Positions 39,883-49,633 of a DNA stretch of 64,000 nt are shown piece by piece; position 1 is the stretch's first letter; every line of letters begins with the position of its first letter. Position numbers and translations under genes: made by a program. This DNA is from a bacterium (GTDB lineage: Bacteria; UBA8248): NCBI GenBank assembly GCA_965221165.1, contig CBDCRP010000002.1, positions 896,001-960,000 of the forward strand. The letters run 5' to 3'. The notes below the pieces were generated by a model. That model saw only the letters and a program-made list of their open reading frames with translations. It did no database searches and was not told where the DNA came from.

Positions 39883-40518
39883 ATGACCATACGCGCGCTT
39901 CTTTTAGACCATGACGGCACGCTTGTCGACAGCTATGAGGGCATCGCAAAGTGCATGCGCCTCATGTGCCGAGACCTCGGCGTGCCCGAAATGACGGATG
40001 AAGAGATTCTCGCATCCATTGGTCCCACGCTCGAGGAAAGATTCACCGAACTGTGGGGAGAAGATACGGCCAACGAGGCGGTGCTCATCTATCGCTCTCA
40101 TTACAAGGTTCATAACATCGCGGGCACCCATATTATCCCTGGGGCGAAAAAAACACTCGAAACCCTTTCCCATCGGGGCTTTCAGATGGCTTGCGTGTCG
40201 AACAAAACATGGTTTTTCTGCAAGGAACAATTAGAGCATGTCGGGCTTCTCCCCTATATTCGAACGGTGTTCGGACACCGCCAGGGATATGCGCCGAAGC
40301 CGGACCCGGAAATGCTGTTCGCCGCCATTAAATCGCTTGAAGTGAAACCAGAGGAAGTCGTCATGGTTGGGGATACGACGACAGACATACAGGCCGCCAG
40401 AAACGCATCTATCCCCGTATGGATCATCAAGGGAAAATATTCACGGGCTGATGAGATAAAAAAACTAAATCCAGATCGATATTTAGAAAAGTTAGAAGAT
40501 ATTCTGGACTTACTATAA
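39883..40518 (+). CDS. HAD-family phosphatase (phosphoglycolate phosphatase-like)
   Basis: DHDGTLVDS, SNK, KPDP, GDT..D. Confidence 0.9.
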   Translation: MTIRALLLDHDGTLVDSYEGIAKCMRLMCRDLGVPEMTDEEILASIGPTLEERFTELWGEDTANEAVLIYRSHYKVHNIAGTHIIPGAKKTLETLSHRGFQMACVSNKTWFFCKEQLEHVGLLPYIRTVFGHRQGYAPKPDPEMLFAAIKSLEVKPEEVVMVGDTTTDIQAARNASIPVWIIKGKYSRADEIKKLNPDRYLEKLEDILDLL

Positions 40519-40738
40519 TTTCCCACTTTCTCGCTTGCGGAGATCATGATGGTTGCCTATCTTTTAGTCGTCGAGAACAAAGGCGGAGTGCTTTTGCGCC
40601 AACCAGGCATCCTGCCTGGATTACGTATGTTTTGAGCAGATATGCATTCAGTCCTTTGTCACGCGGCTTTATTATTCAATCTATAAGGGAAACCGTTCGG
40701 CCTATACTCACTCAAATACTTTCCTTGGAATTAATTTC

Positions 40739-41488
40739 ATGAACCTCATCGTTGGCGCACTGATTGCAATTTATCTCTTATTTTTAGTGCTCGAACTAAC
40801 GGACCTGCGTCGTGGCAGAACCAGATACATATGGGCGCTTTACAGAGTCCCGCTAGCTGGAATCGCTCTCGCCGGTGTCTTGGTGCTCTATGCACAACCT
40901 TTTTCGTCCATCTCGGAATTGATAGAGCGAAAAACGATTCCGTTTCCTACCAAAAAAATTCACCTTGATGAGGATATGGGGACAACCACAAGCGAAAGTT
41001 TCGGGAGTGGAAAACCTGGAATCTTTTGGTACATACATAATTTTTCCAGGCTTTACGGGGTAGATCCCCTGTTGGTGCGCGCTGTCATCGAGGTCGAAAG
41101 TAAATTCAATCCAAAAGCCGTTTCTCATACAGGCGCCAGAGGGCTCATGCAAATCAATCCGATTACAGCGAAACACTTAGGACTCAACAACGTTTTCGAC
41201 ATCCGCGAGAACATCGAGGGTGGTGTACGCTACCTAAGATATCTGCTTGAGTTATATGGCTGGAATTTACATATGACGTTGGCCTCATACAATGCGGGTC
41301 CCGCCACTATTCGACGCTATAACGGGATTCCACCCTTTCAAGAAACACGCCGGTACGTTTCAAAGGTCATCCGAGTATATGAGCGCCTTAAAAGAACGAA
41401 GGAGGTGTTCAACAGCGAATCTCGACTTTCCTCCCTGCTCCGTCAGTTGCCCAGCACTCAAACAAAACCGGACAGGGCAACTGAGTAG
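40739..41488 (+). CDS. Lytic transglycosylase SLT-domain protein
   Basis: AVIEVES, GARGLMQ, ASYNAG, ETRRYV; N-terminal TM helices. Confidence 0.9.
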   Translation: MNLIVGALIAIYLLFLVLELTDLRRGRTRYIWALYRVPLAGIALAGVLVLYAQPFSSISELIERKTIPFPTKKIHLDEDMGTTTSESFGSGKPGIFWYIHNFSRLYGVDPLLVRAVIEVESKFNPKAVSHTGARGLMQINPITAKHLGLNNVFDIRENIEGGVRYLRYLLELYGWNLHMTLASYNAGPATIRRYNGIPPFQETRRYVSKVIRVYERLKRTKEVFNSESRLSSLLRQLPSTQTKPDRATE

Positions 41489-41683
41489 AAATCTGTATTC
41501 TCGTGGACATAAATCACAAAGGTTTGCTGCAGTTCAGTGAAACGCAAGTTTTTGCAGTTTGTGGCAATGATGTATCATTTTGAAACCACATTGCCGAGCC
41601 ACACGTGATTTCTATATTTCAAGAACCCAGCGGAATCCGTTCGGCCACGATTCACTAAAATCCATATAGCACCAGGGAATGGA

Positions 41684-42424
41684 ATGCCGACCAGAACTGC
41701 CTCGCCAACCACTCGAAAACGAAAAATCCTGACACTCGCGGATAGATTATTATCTCGTTTCGGGAGGCCAAAGCGCATCAAACGAGGCAATCTTTTAGAT
41801 GCCCTGGTCGAAACCCTCCTTTCACAAAGCACGACCGACCATAACCGCGACCTGGCATTTAATTGCTTGAAAAAAACTTTTACCAACTGGGATGAAATCG
41901 CCGACGCCCCTCAAACGGATCTTGCTCGGGCAATTCGTTCTGCTGGTTTGGGCAATCAAAAAGCCGGGCGAATTCGAGACTTCCTCAGATGGCTTCGCAA
42001 GGACCGAGAGCATCTCTCTTTGGAATTTTTACATCAAAAATCAGATGATTTCACCGTGCAATATCTTACTCAGCACAAAGGCATCGGCGTCAAAACCGCT
42101 TATGTCACCTTGATGTTGGCCTCAAATCGTGATTTGTTCCCTATCGATGTTCACATTCACCGGATCATGATTCGCCTGGGCATAATCGACGAGAAAACCA
42201 CGCCCGAGAAATCTCACGCAGAACTCGCACCACTCATTCCCAAAGGGCGTGCCCATGAATTACACATGAATATGCTGAGTTTCGGGCGGACCATTTGCAC
42301 CGCTCGAAATCCGAAATGCACTGACTGTGATTTGAGGCGAATGTGTCACTACTACAAAGACAAGAACCCAAGGAAATCTAGAGGTGGAGAAATTAATCTT
42401 TCCCAAAAGCAAATCAGCCCATGA
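41684..42424 (+). CDS. Endonuclease III-family DNA glycosylase
   Basis: LSQSTTD, HhH GIGVKTA, PIDVH, C-x6-C-x2-C-x5-C cluster. Confidence 0.9.
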   Translation: MPTRTASPTTRKRKILTLADRLLSRFGRPKRIKRGNLLDALVETLLSQSTTDHNRDLAFNCLKKTFTNWDEIADAPQTDLARAIRSAGLGNQKAGRIRDFLRWLRKDREHLSLEFLHQKSDDFTVQYLTQHKGIGVKTAYVTLMLASNRDLFPIDVHIHRIMIRLGIIDEKTTPEKSHAELAPLIPKGRAHELHMNMLSFGRTICTARNPKCTDCDLRRMCHYYKDKNPRKSRGGEINLSQKQISP

Positions 42425-43317
42425 AATGGATCCAACTCATCGGGCCGGGAGAGTTGCTGGCAATCGCATCTTCCATCACATTCTCCGTGGCGCAAACTTT
42501 TCTCAGACAAGGAATGAGAAGCGTATCTCCACTCGCCACCGCCCTAGTAGTGAATGGAATCGTAAGCCTGGGCGGCCTCATCATATCCCTCTTAAAAGGC
42601 ACACTTCTTACTTCTAAACCAGAAGCAATCTTTTGGTATGCCGCAGTGGGAGTAACGGGTCCGACCATTGGAAGATATTGTTATTTGGTGGGCGTCTCCC
42701 GCATGGGGCTCAGCCGCACCGTGCCCATATCCTCCGCAGCTCCAATTTGGGGAACCCTGCTTGCAATCCTAATTTTGGGTGAAGCACCAACAACCATGGT
42801 CATACTCGGCACTCTCGGCATCGTCGTCGGCGTATCTATTCTCGGCATACAAGATGACAAGTCGCAATCTTTCAAAAGCTGGTTTCAAGGAGCGCTGATA
42901 TTCCCTCTCGCCGCGTCACTGGCCTATGCGGCGGCACCCATCTTCGCCAAACTCGCTTATGCACATCAACTGACGCCCAGCGTCGGCATGGCCGTATCCT
43001 TTGCTACGGCCAATTGCACTCTTCTTCTCACCAAGCCAATTCTGCCAGGGCAAAGAGATATTAAAGGTGACAAAAGAGGTTTCATATGGGTAGGAGGCGC
43101 GGGGCTCATCGGCATTTGTAGTTCCTACATGCTATGGACAGCCTTTACCTTGGCGAACGTATCCACCGCTCTGCCCTTGAGCCGGATCGCACCGATTTGG
43201 GTATTGATTCTGAGCTATTTTTTCTTAGGAAAACTCGAAACAATAAATCGTAAGACAGTTTTGGCCACAATTTGCGTTGTCGCAGGTGGAGTACTAATCA
43301 CCGCTTTCAGGAACTAA
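42421..43317 (+). CDS. DMT/EamA-family transporter
   Basis: About 10 hydrophobic helices in two repeats, LGE motif. Confidence 0.85.
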   Translation: MKWIQLIGPGELLAIASSITFSVAQTFLRQGMRSVSPLATALVVNGIVSLGGLIISLLKGTLLTSKPEAIFWYAAVGVTGPTIGRYCYLVGVSRMGLSRTVPISSAAPIWGTLLAILILGEAPTTMVILGTLGIVVGVSILGIQDDKSQSFKSWFQGALIFPLAASLAYAAAPIFAKLAYAHQLTPSVGMAVSFATANCTLLLTKPILPGQRDIKGDKRGFIWVGGAGLIGICSSYMLWTAFTLANVSTALPLSRIAPIWVLILSYFFLGKLETINRKTVLATICVVAGGVLITAFRN

Positions 43318-43383
43318 CTCTCATGAGGTGAGCGAAACCCCAAACTTCTCCTTTGTGGCGAATCTCCACCCCCCCCCAAAACC

Positions 43384-44631
43384 CTACCTGCCCGCAGCGG
43401 CCTCGGCCACACGCGGGGAGTAGACGAGATCGTCCACCTGCGGAGGATCTTCAAGGAAACCTGCCGCTTTAAGCGTCAGCACATCGTTCGTGCCGTCCGA
43501 ATGTAGAAAACTCAAGGCATCACGCATGAGTTTCTCAATGGGGTTTTTCCGCATATACCCCGCCGCTCCCCATAGCTCCATAGCCGCTTGACAGACCTTT
43601 ACGGCGGACTCGGATGCGAATACCTTACTCAGCATAGCATTTTTCCTGTCCATTTCATCAAGTTGTGTGGACCACGCCGTACGCCACAAATAAGAACGAG
43701 ACGCTTCTATCTTCATCGCCATACGCGCGAGCCTCACTTGCTGAAGCTGGTGTTCAAGCAAAGGCACGCTTCCTTGAATTCTGGCATGCGCATACTGCAA
43801 AGAGAGATCATACGCACGTTGCGCAACACCCAAGACGGTGGCACCCGCCTGAATGTTACTTCCGTGCCTTATGAACAAATTGGCGAGTGCTGGCAAAGCC
43901 TGGCCCACTTCCCCGATTTGATCCTCTTCCGGAACTTCCACATCGTGAAACTCCAATGTGCCATTCTGAACACACCTTTGGCCGAGTTTGTCCCACACTT
44001 CCGTGACTTCAAAACCCTTGGCGTCAGAGGGAACCAAAAAGGCCGTGAGGCTATTCATCATGGGATTATTCTTATCCGTGCGGGCGGCAATTTGATAAAC
44101 TTTGGCGAGGCCCCCATTCGAGATGTAACGTTTGGAGCCGTTCAGCACCCACCGGTCTCCTTTTTTTTCAGCATACGTCTGTATTCCAGCACCAGGATTT
44201 TGATTGGGCCATACATTGTCACTACCCGCCATAGGCTCCGTCCAGGCTGTCCCCAGAATACATTCATCATCATCCATTATTTTGGGAAGCCAGCGTTTTT
44301 GCTGTTCTTCATTCGCCATGTTGGCAATCGATGTCATGATCTTCCATGTCTGGTCAAAGGCAACAGCAAGCCCCAAGTCACCATACGCCAGGGTTTCACC
44401 CACAATAGCGCAGGAAAGTACATCAGCGCCTTCACCTCCAAATTCTTTCGGGACGGTAAGCGTTCTGAGACCTCTCCTTGAACCTTCTCTGATGACTTCC
44501 CAGTTAAAAGATTTTTCAGGGTCCTCTATGCGGTCCGCGACCTCCGCGGCGGGAATCATCACTTCGGTAGCGAATCTTTTCGCAATATCTCTGAGTTCAG
44601 TCTGCCGGGGTGTAAGTTGGAAATCGACCAT
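43384..44631 (-). CDS. Acyl-CoA dehydrogenase
   Basis: TEPMAGSD, LNGSKRYISNG, KLGQR, GAAGY, DGTND. Confidence 0.92.
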   Translation of the reverse strand: MVDFQLTPRQTELRDIAKRFATEVMIPAAEVADRIEDPEKSFNWEVIREGSRRGLRTLTVPKEFGGEGADVLSCAIVGETLAYGDLGLAVAFDQTWKIMTSIANMANEEQQKRWLPKIMDDDECILGTAWTEPMAGSDNVWPNQNPGAGIQTYAEKKGDRWVLNGSKRYISNGGLAKVYQIAARTDKNNPMMNSLTAFLVPSDAKGFEVTEVWDKLGQRCVQNGTLEFHDVEVPEEDQIGEVGQALPALANLFIRHGSNIQAGATVLGVAQRAYDLSLQYAHARIQGSVPLLEHQLQQVRLARMAMKIEASRSYLWRTAWSTQLDEMDRKNAMLSKVFASESAVKVCQAAMELWGAAGYMRKNPIEKLMRDALSFLHSDGTNDVLTLKAAGFLEDPPQVDDLVYSPRVAEAAAGR

Positions 44632-44761
44632 CGGTTTCATCCTCCCAAGAGAACACATGTCATGGCTATTTCATCGCGATGAAATTGTTGTGAATCATTA
44701 TGCCAAGGAGAACCCGTGTTTGAGTTCCCGTGTTTGCTAATGCGCAGAATGGGAGAGCATT

Positions 44762-45160
44762 TTACTGATCCAATGGATTCTCGCATAACTCGATGCGAAT
44801 GTTTCCGGGTCCTCTAACGTAGGCGATCATGCGCCCTCCAATACCACGGCGCACGGGCTCTACCATAATCTCCGCTCCTTTGTTTCTTAGCCATTCGACT
44901 GATGCTTTCACATCCGGGACTCCAAACCCAAAATGGTCCAAACCCTGAACCAACTCCGGCCCCACGGAATCTGGCGTTTCTTCAGGTCTGATGCCGCGCG
45001 CGAATATCACCAAGCGACCGATCTGAATCGCCGCGTTGGGCGAGCCCTTGAAGTCCTCATCGTAGCGAATAATTTCAGCGTCAAATATCTTTTGAAAATA
45101 CTCCGCAAACGCCTTCACGTCCGCACAGACATAATGAATGTGATCAAAACCAAATTCCAT
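44762..45160 (-). CDS. VOC/glyoxalase-family protein
   Basis: DHIH, GLDHFGF, GPGNIRIEL. Confidence 0.88.
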   Translation of the reverse strand: MEFGFDHIHYVCADVKAFAEYFQKIFDAEIIRYDEDFKGSPNAAIQIGRLVIFARGIRPEETPDSVGPELVQGLDHFGFGVPDVKASVEWLRNKGAEIMVEPVRRGIGGRMIAYVRGPGNIRIELCENPLDQ

Positions 45161-45180
45161 CAAATTCCTCAAATATGAGA

Positions 45181-46890
45181 TTACGGCATGATAATGACAG
45201 GAGAATCTTCCGAATCTGCACTTTCTAAAACGTCGCTATTCTCAGCACCCTCTTCTCCCATTTCCCCCTTCTCGTCCTGAGATGTCTGAACTTGACGGAT
45301 AATTCTCTCAAGCATCACATTGATAGAGTATTGAACCATTTCGACAAGTAGGGACGTGGGTTCATCCGTATCCGCTCGCACCTCATCCGCTAGCGTCACA
45401 CATTCACGTGCCATTGCTTCATCACCCGCTTGATGGAAAATATATCCATTGTCTTCCAACTGGCCCGCAATACACTCTCGCAATGCCATGTCCTGAAAAA
45501 TTTCTTTCGCGCCTTTTTCCACTATCTGTTGAAGGCGTTCTTTTTTCTGCCTTTCATCCATCGCCACCTGACTTTCCATCGACTGCAAAAATTCCTGAAA
45601 ATACGGCGCCACGCGCTCCTCATCCATCACCCAACTCCAAAAAGGTCGATGGGCGAATATCGCGCGTACTTCCATCCTCTTCTCGTCTTCTGCAAGAGAA
45701 TTCACCATTCCGCGTATAGGGTGTAGCCCTTCCAAGGGAAACATATTAGTCTCTGCCAAGGGATCGAGCATGAGCTTCGCGTGTGTAAAGCCACGGGGAA
45801 GCGGCGTTTCTCCCGCCTCATTTTCGCGCTGACTGCGCTCAAGAAGCCAAATGGCATAACCAGCAGGCACTTCTTGTGATGCCAAGGTGGGAATTTCTGA
45901 AATTCGGCGGAAAACATTTCTCAACTCTTTAGCGCTCATTTCCGCATCCGTGAATTCAACAATTCCCCGTCCCCGATGCAACCGCGCCTGGACAAGATAC
46001 CTTCCACGGGGAACACGAGAACGGGCAAGCCACAAAAGCATCTGCCCACGGCCGTCTACGGCACTCACCACAGCATGAACATAATCCGGATAATTGGTTC
46101 GGTGGGCAGTGCGCATTCCCGTATCGGAGAATTTTTCAATTTCTATGCCCTTGTTTTTCAATCGGAATATCGCTTTGCGAATTCGGGACAACGTATCTTT
46201 GTCTTTGGTGGATTCCAAGAGCTTATGAAGCGCAGTTGCAGCATCACGCGTACCCATTTGTGCTAGGATTTCAATGAAATGTGCAGGTGGCAGTGTTCCT
46301 TCCTGGGCCATCGTTTCAGCCAGCCCGAGCGCGCGTGTTTCTGAAACACCACCCATGTTTTCAAAATTGTCACGCAATGCCACTTCCTGTAAAAAAGAAG
46401 GCATGTTTTTCAATGACGATACGACAGATTTTGCGGAATCAACCGTCAGAGACTCATTTTTCCTTAATTGTTCGGAAATCTCCCGGGCCTCACTTAAACT
46501 TTCTGCATCGAAGCCATTCGGCAATTCCGCTTTCGCACCCAACGCTCTGAGAGTATCGAGGAGCGCGGTGAGTCCGGGTATCGACCAACGCATCGTCTGA
46601 ATGAGAGAAATGAGTTTTGGGACGACGGACACATCTCCCAACTCGCGTAGAGCGAGAAGCGTGGGGATACGCCCCTCTGGAGTGGTGGAAGACAGATGGT
46701 TCAATACACCGGCGATCCCAGCCTCTCCCATTTCCTTGATTTCATCCAAAAGGGGTGCGGGCGCCATGGCGCCCGGTGGAGCAGGTACCGTAAACGACGC
46801 TTCAAGGCCAGCTGCCACGGCGGCAGCCCGAACTAGATCTTCTTTTAAAAAAGTTTTTTTCGAGGCTTTCATCCTCGATTTCTTTGCCAA
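45181..46890 (-). CDS. Hypothetical protein with HEAT-like helical N-terminal region
   Basis: Long ORF; probable TTG start at 46890 after GGGAG, which avoids overlap with the divergent gene. Confidence 0.75.
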   Translation of the reverse strand: MAKKSRMKASKKTFLKEDLVRAAAVAAGLEASFTVPAPPGAMAPAPLLDEIKEMGEAGIAGVLNHLSSTTPEGRIPTLLALRELGDVSVVPKLISLIQTMRWSIPGLTALLDTLRALGAKAELPNGFDAESLSEAREISEQLRKNESLTVDSAKSVVSSLKNMPSFLQEVALRDNFENMGGVSETRALGLAETMAQEGTLPPAHFIEILAQMGTRDAATALHKLLESTKDKDTLSRIRKAIFRLKNKGIEIEKFSDTGMRTAHRTNYPDYVHAVVSAVDGRGQMLLWLARSRVPRGRYLVQARLHRGRGIVEFTDAEMSAKELRNVFRRISEIPTLASQEVPAGYAIWLLERSQRENEAGETPLPRGFTHAKLMLDPLAETNMFPLEGLHPIRGMVNSLAEDEKRMEVRAIFAHRPFWSWVMDEERVAPYFQEFLQSMESQVAMDERQKKERLQQIVEKGAKEIFQDMALRECIAGQLEDNGYIFHQAGDEAMARECVTLADEVRADTDEPTSLLVEMVQYSINVMLERIIRQVQTSQDEKGEMGEEGAENSDVLESADSEDSPVIIMP

Positions 46891-47049
46891 AATCGTTTCT
46901 CCCGTAACATTCAGCTTAAAATTTACATCATCGGGGGGTATGGCGCGTACTGTCAAGACGATGTCGAGCAGCGCCTTTCCCTTTTTCGCTTTTGCCAACC
47001 ACAACTCACACATGACACAATTATCGATATATAGGTTTTTGGAGATAAC

Positions 47050-48039
47050 GTGAAATTTCGATTTGCCCATTGCGGTGATTTCCATCTCGGTTATGACTTC
47101 GACTACCTCCCACCTCGTAAAGCCGCCGCGCGGCAAGCCGATCTTCGAGTGGCGTTTTTTCGTTCTGTTCGCGAAACACTCAAATGGGGCGCGCAGGTAT
47201 TCCTCATCTCGGGTGACCTGTTCGACACCTCTCATCCAAGCGAGCGTGACGTTGAAATCGTTTCGAAGAATCTTGCACATTTATCCAAAAAAGGTGTGCG
47301 CTGTTTCGCCATCCCCGGCAATCATGACCCGATACAACCCAAATCCGTGTGGAACCTGCCCCAAATTGCGAAAAACATTCATCTTTTCCACAGTGATCCT
47401 TCCTCGGAATTGGATCAGGAAAGTATTACTGAACTCAACCTCACGGTCGCTGGAATCCCCTGGGACATCAAAGATGCTTTCAAATCTCCTTTGCAGGAAA
47501 TCCTCAAACAGAAACTTCGTTTGAACGATAGATCCATCTTGCTTTTGCATGGCTCAGAAGCCGCCCTCGCTTCGGAACACCCCGCATTCAAGGAACATCC
47601 GTTCCAAGCAGAAGATCTGAAGCGTCTGCCCTTTGGGTATGTGGCGATAGGCCATTACCATAAACCCTTGGATGTCGCCCGGTGGAGTGGCGGCGGCGCA
47701 TGCTACAGCGGTTCGCCTGAAGGGTTGCGCTTTAGCGAGCATAATCTAGGTGCCCGCTCCATGGTCTTAGGAGAAATGGATGATAGGGGTTCTCTTGTGC
47801 AGGTGAAGCGAAAATCCCTCAATGCGCGCACTATGAGAACGCTCTCTTATTCATCTGGCGATGGGACTACGGCAGACGACTGGTTTCGGGCCATTGATGA
47901 TATGAGAAATCCGGATACCCTTTTGCGGGTGCGCGTGCCCAAACAACAAGGCTACCAACAAAGGAGGGCGGAAGTCCTCTTATCCTCCCTATGTAGTGAT
48001 TTTTTCTATCTGGACATCGTATGGGAATCGCCCTCTTGA
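47050..48039 (+). CDS. SbcD/Mre11-family DNA repair exonuclease
   Basis: GDFHLG, GDLFD, PGNHD, LLHG, GHYH, YSGSPE. Confidence 0.9.
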   Translation: MKFRFAHCGDFHLGYDFDYLPPRKAAARQADLRVAFFRSVRETLKWGAQVFLISGDLFDTSHPSERDVEIVSKNLAHLSKKGVRCFAIPGNHDPIQPKSVWNLPQIAKNIHLFHSDPSSELDQESITELNLTVAGIPWDIKDAFKSPLQEILKQKLRLNDRSILLLHGSEAALASEHPAFKEHPFQAEDLKRLPFGYVAIGHYHKPLDVARWSGGGACYSGSPEGLRFSEHNLGARSMVLGEMDDRGSLVQVKRKSLNARTMRTLSYSSGDGTTADDWFRAIDDMRNPDTLLRVRVPKQQGYQQRRAEVLLSSLCSDFFYLDIVWESPS

Positions 48040-48824
48040 GCAAAAACATTTGGTGTGATGTCGCCTTTGCTCACCCGGAAATTCCTGTTCGACTTCAAGA
48101 TGCGTATCATGCACGTGGGGAAAACACACAAAATATAGTATGTGTCGTGATAGACATATTAAGGGCCACTTCGAATATCGCCGTTATTTTGGAGAATGGA
48201 TGTCCTGCCATATATCCTTGCGCATCTCCTGAAAAAGCGCTTGAATTGGCCGAAAAGCTACGGCTCCGACATGGTTCTGAAAAAATACTCCTGGGCGGGG
48301 AGCAAGACGGCAAACCCATTGAGGGATTTGACGGAGGAAATTCTCCTCTTGAATACACACGCCGGAGAATCAGCGGAAAAACTTTGATCCTCTCCACGAG
48401 CAACGGAACCAAAACACTCTCTGCCGTAAAGAGTTGCGGAGAAATTTTCACTGCCGCTTTCGTGAATATCACCGCAATTGCCCGACGCGTAACGTCCATC
48501 CTGCATGATAATCCGGGCCAATCTCTTTTGATCGCCTGCTCAGGTCGCGAAGGAGGCTATTGCGAAGAAGATACCGTGGGGGCGGGAATCTTCTTGCATC
48601 TCTTGTCTGAAAATTTAGATACCCTGGAGTTCTCCGATACCGCTCGAGCAGCCCTCCAAGTCGCCAAAAGTGCTGAAAAAAACCTAGAAAAAATGCTTTT
48701 TGATAGCCGCTGGGGGAAACACTTGTTCGCCTTAGGACTCGAAAATGACATATCCTTCTGTGCGCAGAAGGACATAACGAGCATCGTTCCCAGACTAGAT
48801 GACGGGGTGATAAGGATCGCTTAA
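48036..48824 (+). CDS. comB: 2-phosphosulfolactate phosphatase family protein
   Basis: VIDILRATS, GGE, GNSP, STSNGT, EEDT..AG; TTGA overlap with the upstream stop. Confidence 0.88.
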   Translation: MSKNIWCDVAFAHPEIPVRLQDAYHARGENTQNIVCVVIDILRATSNIAVILENGCPAIYPCASPEKALELAEKLRLRHGSEKILLGGEQDGKPIEGFDGGNSPLEYTRRRISGKTLILSTSNGTKTLSAVKSCGEIFTAAFVNITAIARRVTSILHDNPGQSLLIACSGREGGYCEEDTVGAGIFLHLLSENLDTLEFSDTARAALQVAKSAEKNLEKMLFDSRWGKHLFALGLENDISFCAQKDITSIVPRLDDGVIRIA

Positions 48825-49633
48825 GTTTCAATTCCCTTTGGAAATATACCTTCGACCAAAGTTTCTACTTTCGGGGAATTCGCCCCAGGCTTCAGATGGA
48901 GAAAAAACTCGCGGTTTCCTTTTGCACCCATAATCACACTCAAGGCGATTCCTTGAGGAGCTAATTTCATTCGGAGACTTTCATCCCAAATGCGAATGAG
49001 TACTTCACGGTGCAGTTCGGGGTCGCGGACTATTCCTCCCTTCCCGACACGGCCTTTACCCACTTCGAACTGTGGTTTGATGAGAACGACTATCTCTCCA
49101 CCTTCCCCTAACAACTCATGAATCGGCCCGAGCACCTTCGTGACGGAGATGAATGAAACATCCATGACGCATAAGCTTGGTCTTTCTTCTCCCGCCAGCA
49201 TTCGAAAAGTCTCAAGTGTCAAATGCCTGGCGTTCACACCCTCCAAAAGGGTGACTCTAGGATCATTTCTCAATTTCCAGTCAATCAAGCCCTTTCCAAC
49301 ATCCACAGACGTGACGCGGCGGGCGCCACGAGCGAGCAGCACATCGGTGAATCCGCCCGTCGATGCGCCGATATCCACACAATATCTTCCTTCCGGATGA
49401 ATAGAAAAAACATCCAGCGCAGCCGCGAGTTTTATCCCACCACGGCTCACATAGGGGCAAGTATCTTCTTTGAGGGTGATTGATGCGTCTTGCGAAAATG
49501 CAGAACCCGCCTTTGTGGCGGGTTTGCCGTCAACGCTCACAAGACCTGCCAAAATCAGACTGCGCGCACGTTCCCGGCTTGGGGCCAGCGCACGTTGAAC
49601 GACTAGCCTATCAAGCCTCTGTTTTCTTGCCAT
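48821..49633 (-). CDS. tlyA: TlyA-family rRNA methyltransferase
   Basis: S4 domain, YVSRGG.KL, DIGASTGGFTD, DVSFIS, LIKPQFE. Confidence 0.95.
   Translation of the reverse strand: MARKQRLDRLVVQRALAPSRERARSLILAGLVSVDGKPATKAGSAFSQDASITLKEDTCPYVSRGGIKLAAALDVFSIHPEGRYCVDIGASTGGFTDVLLARGARRVTSVDVGKGLIDWKLRNDPRVTLLEGVNARHLTLETFRMLAGEERPSLCVMDVSFISVTKVLGPIHELLGEGGEIVVLIKPQFEVGKGRVGKGGIVRDPELHREVLIRIWDESLRMKLAPQGIALSVIMGAKGNREFFLHLKPGANSPKVETLVEGIFPKGIET

Noticed and set aside
41500-41530. dif-like half site (GGACATAA)
   Set aside because: No second Xer arm at the correct 6-bp spacing
46891-47280. Head-to-head overlap of the 699-aa ORF with the SbcD-like gene
   Set aside because: An RBS-supported TTG at 46890 removes the overlap
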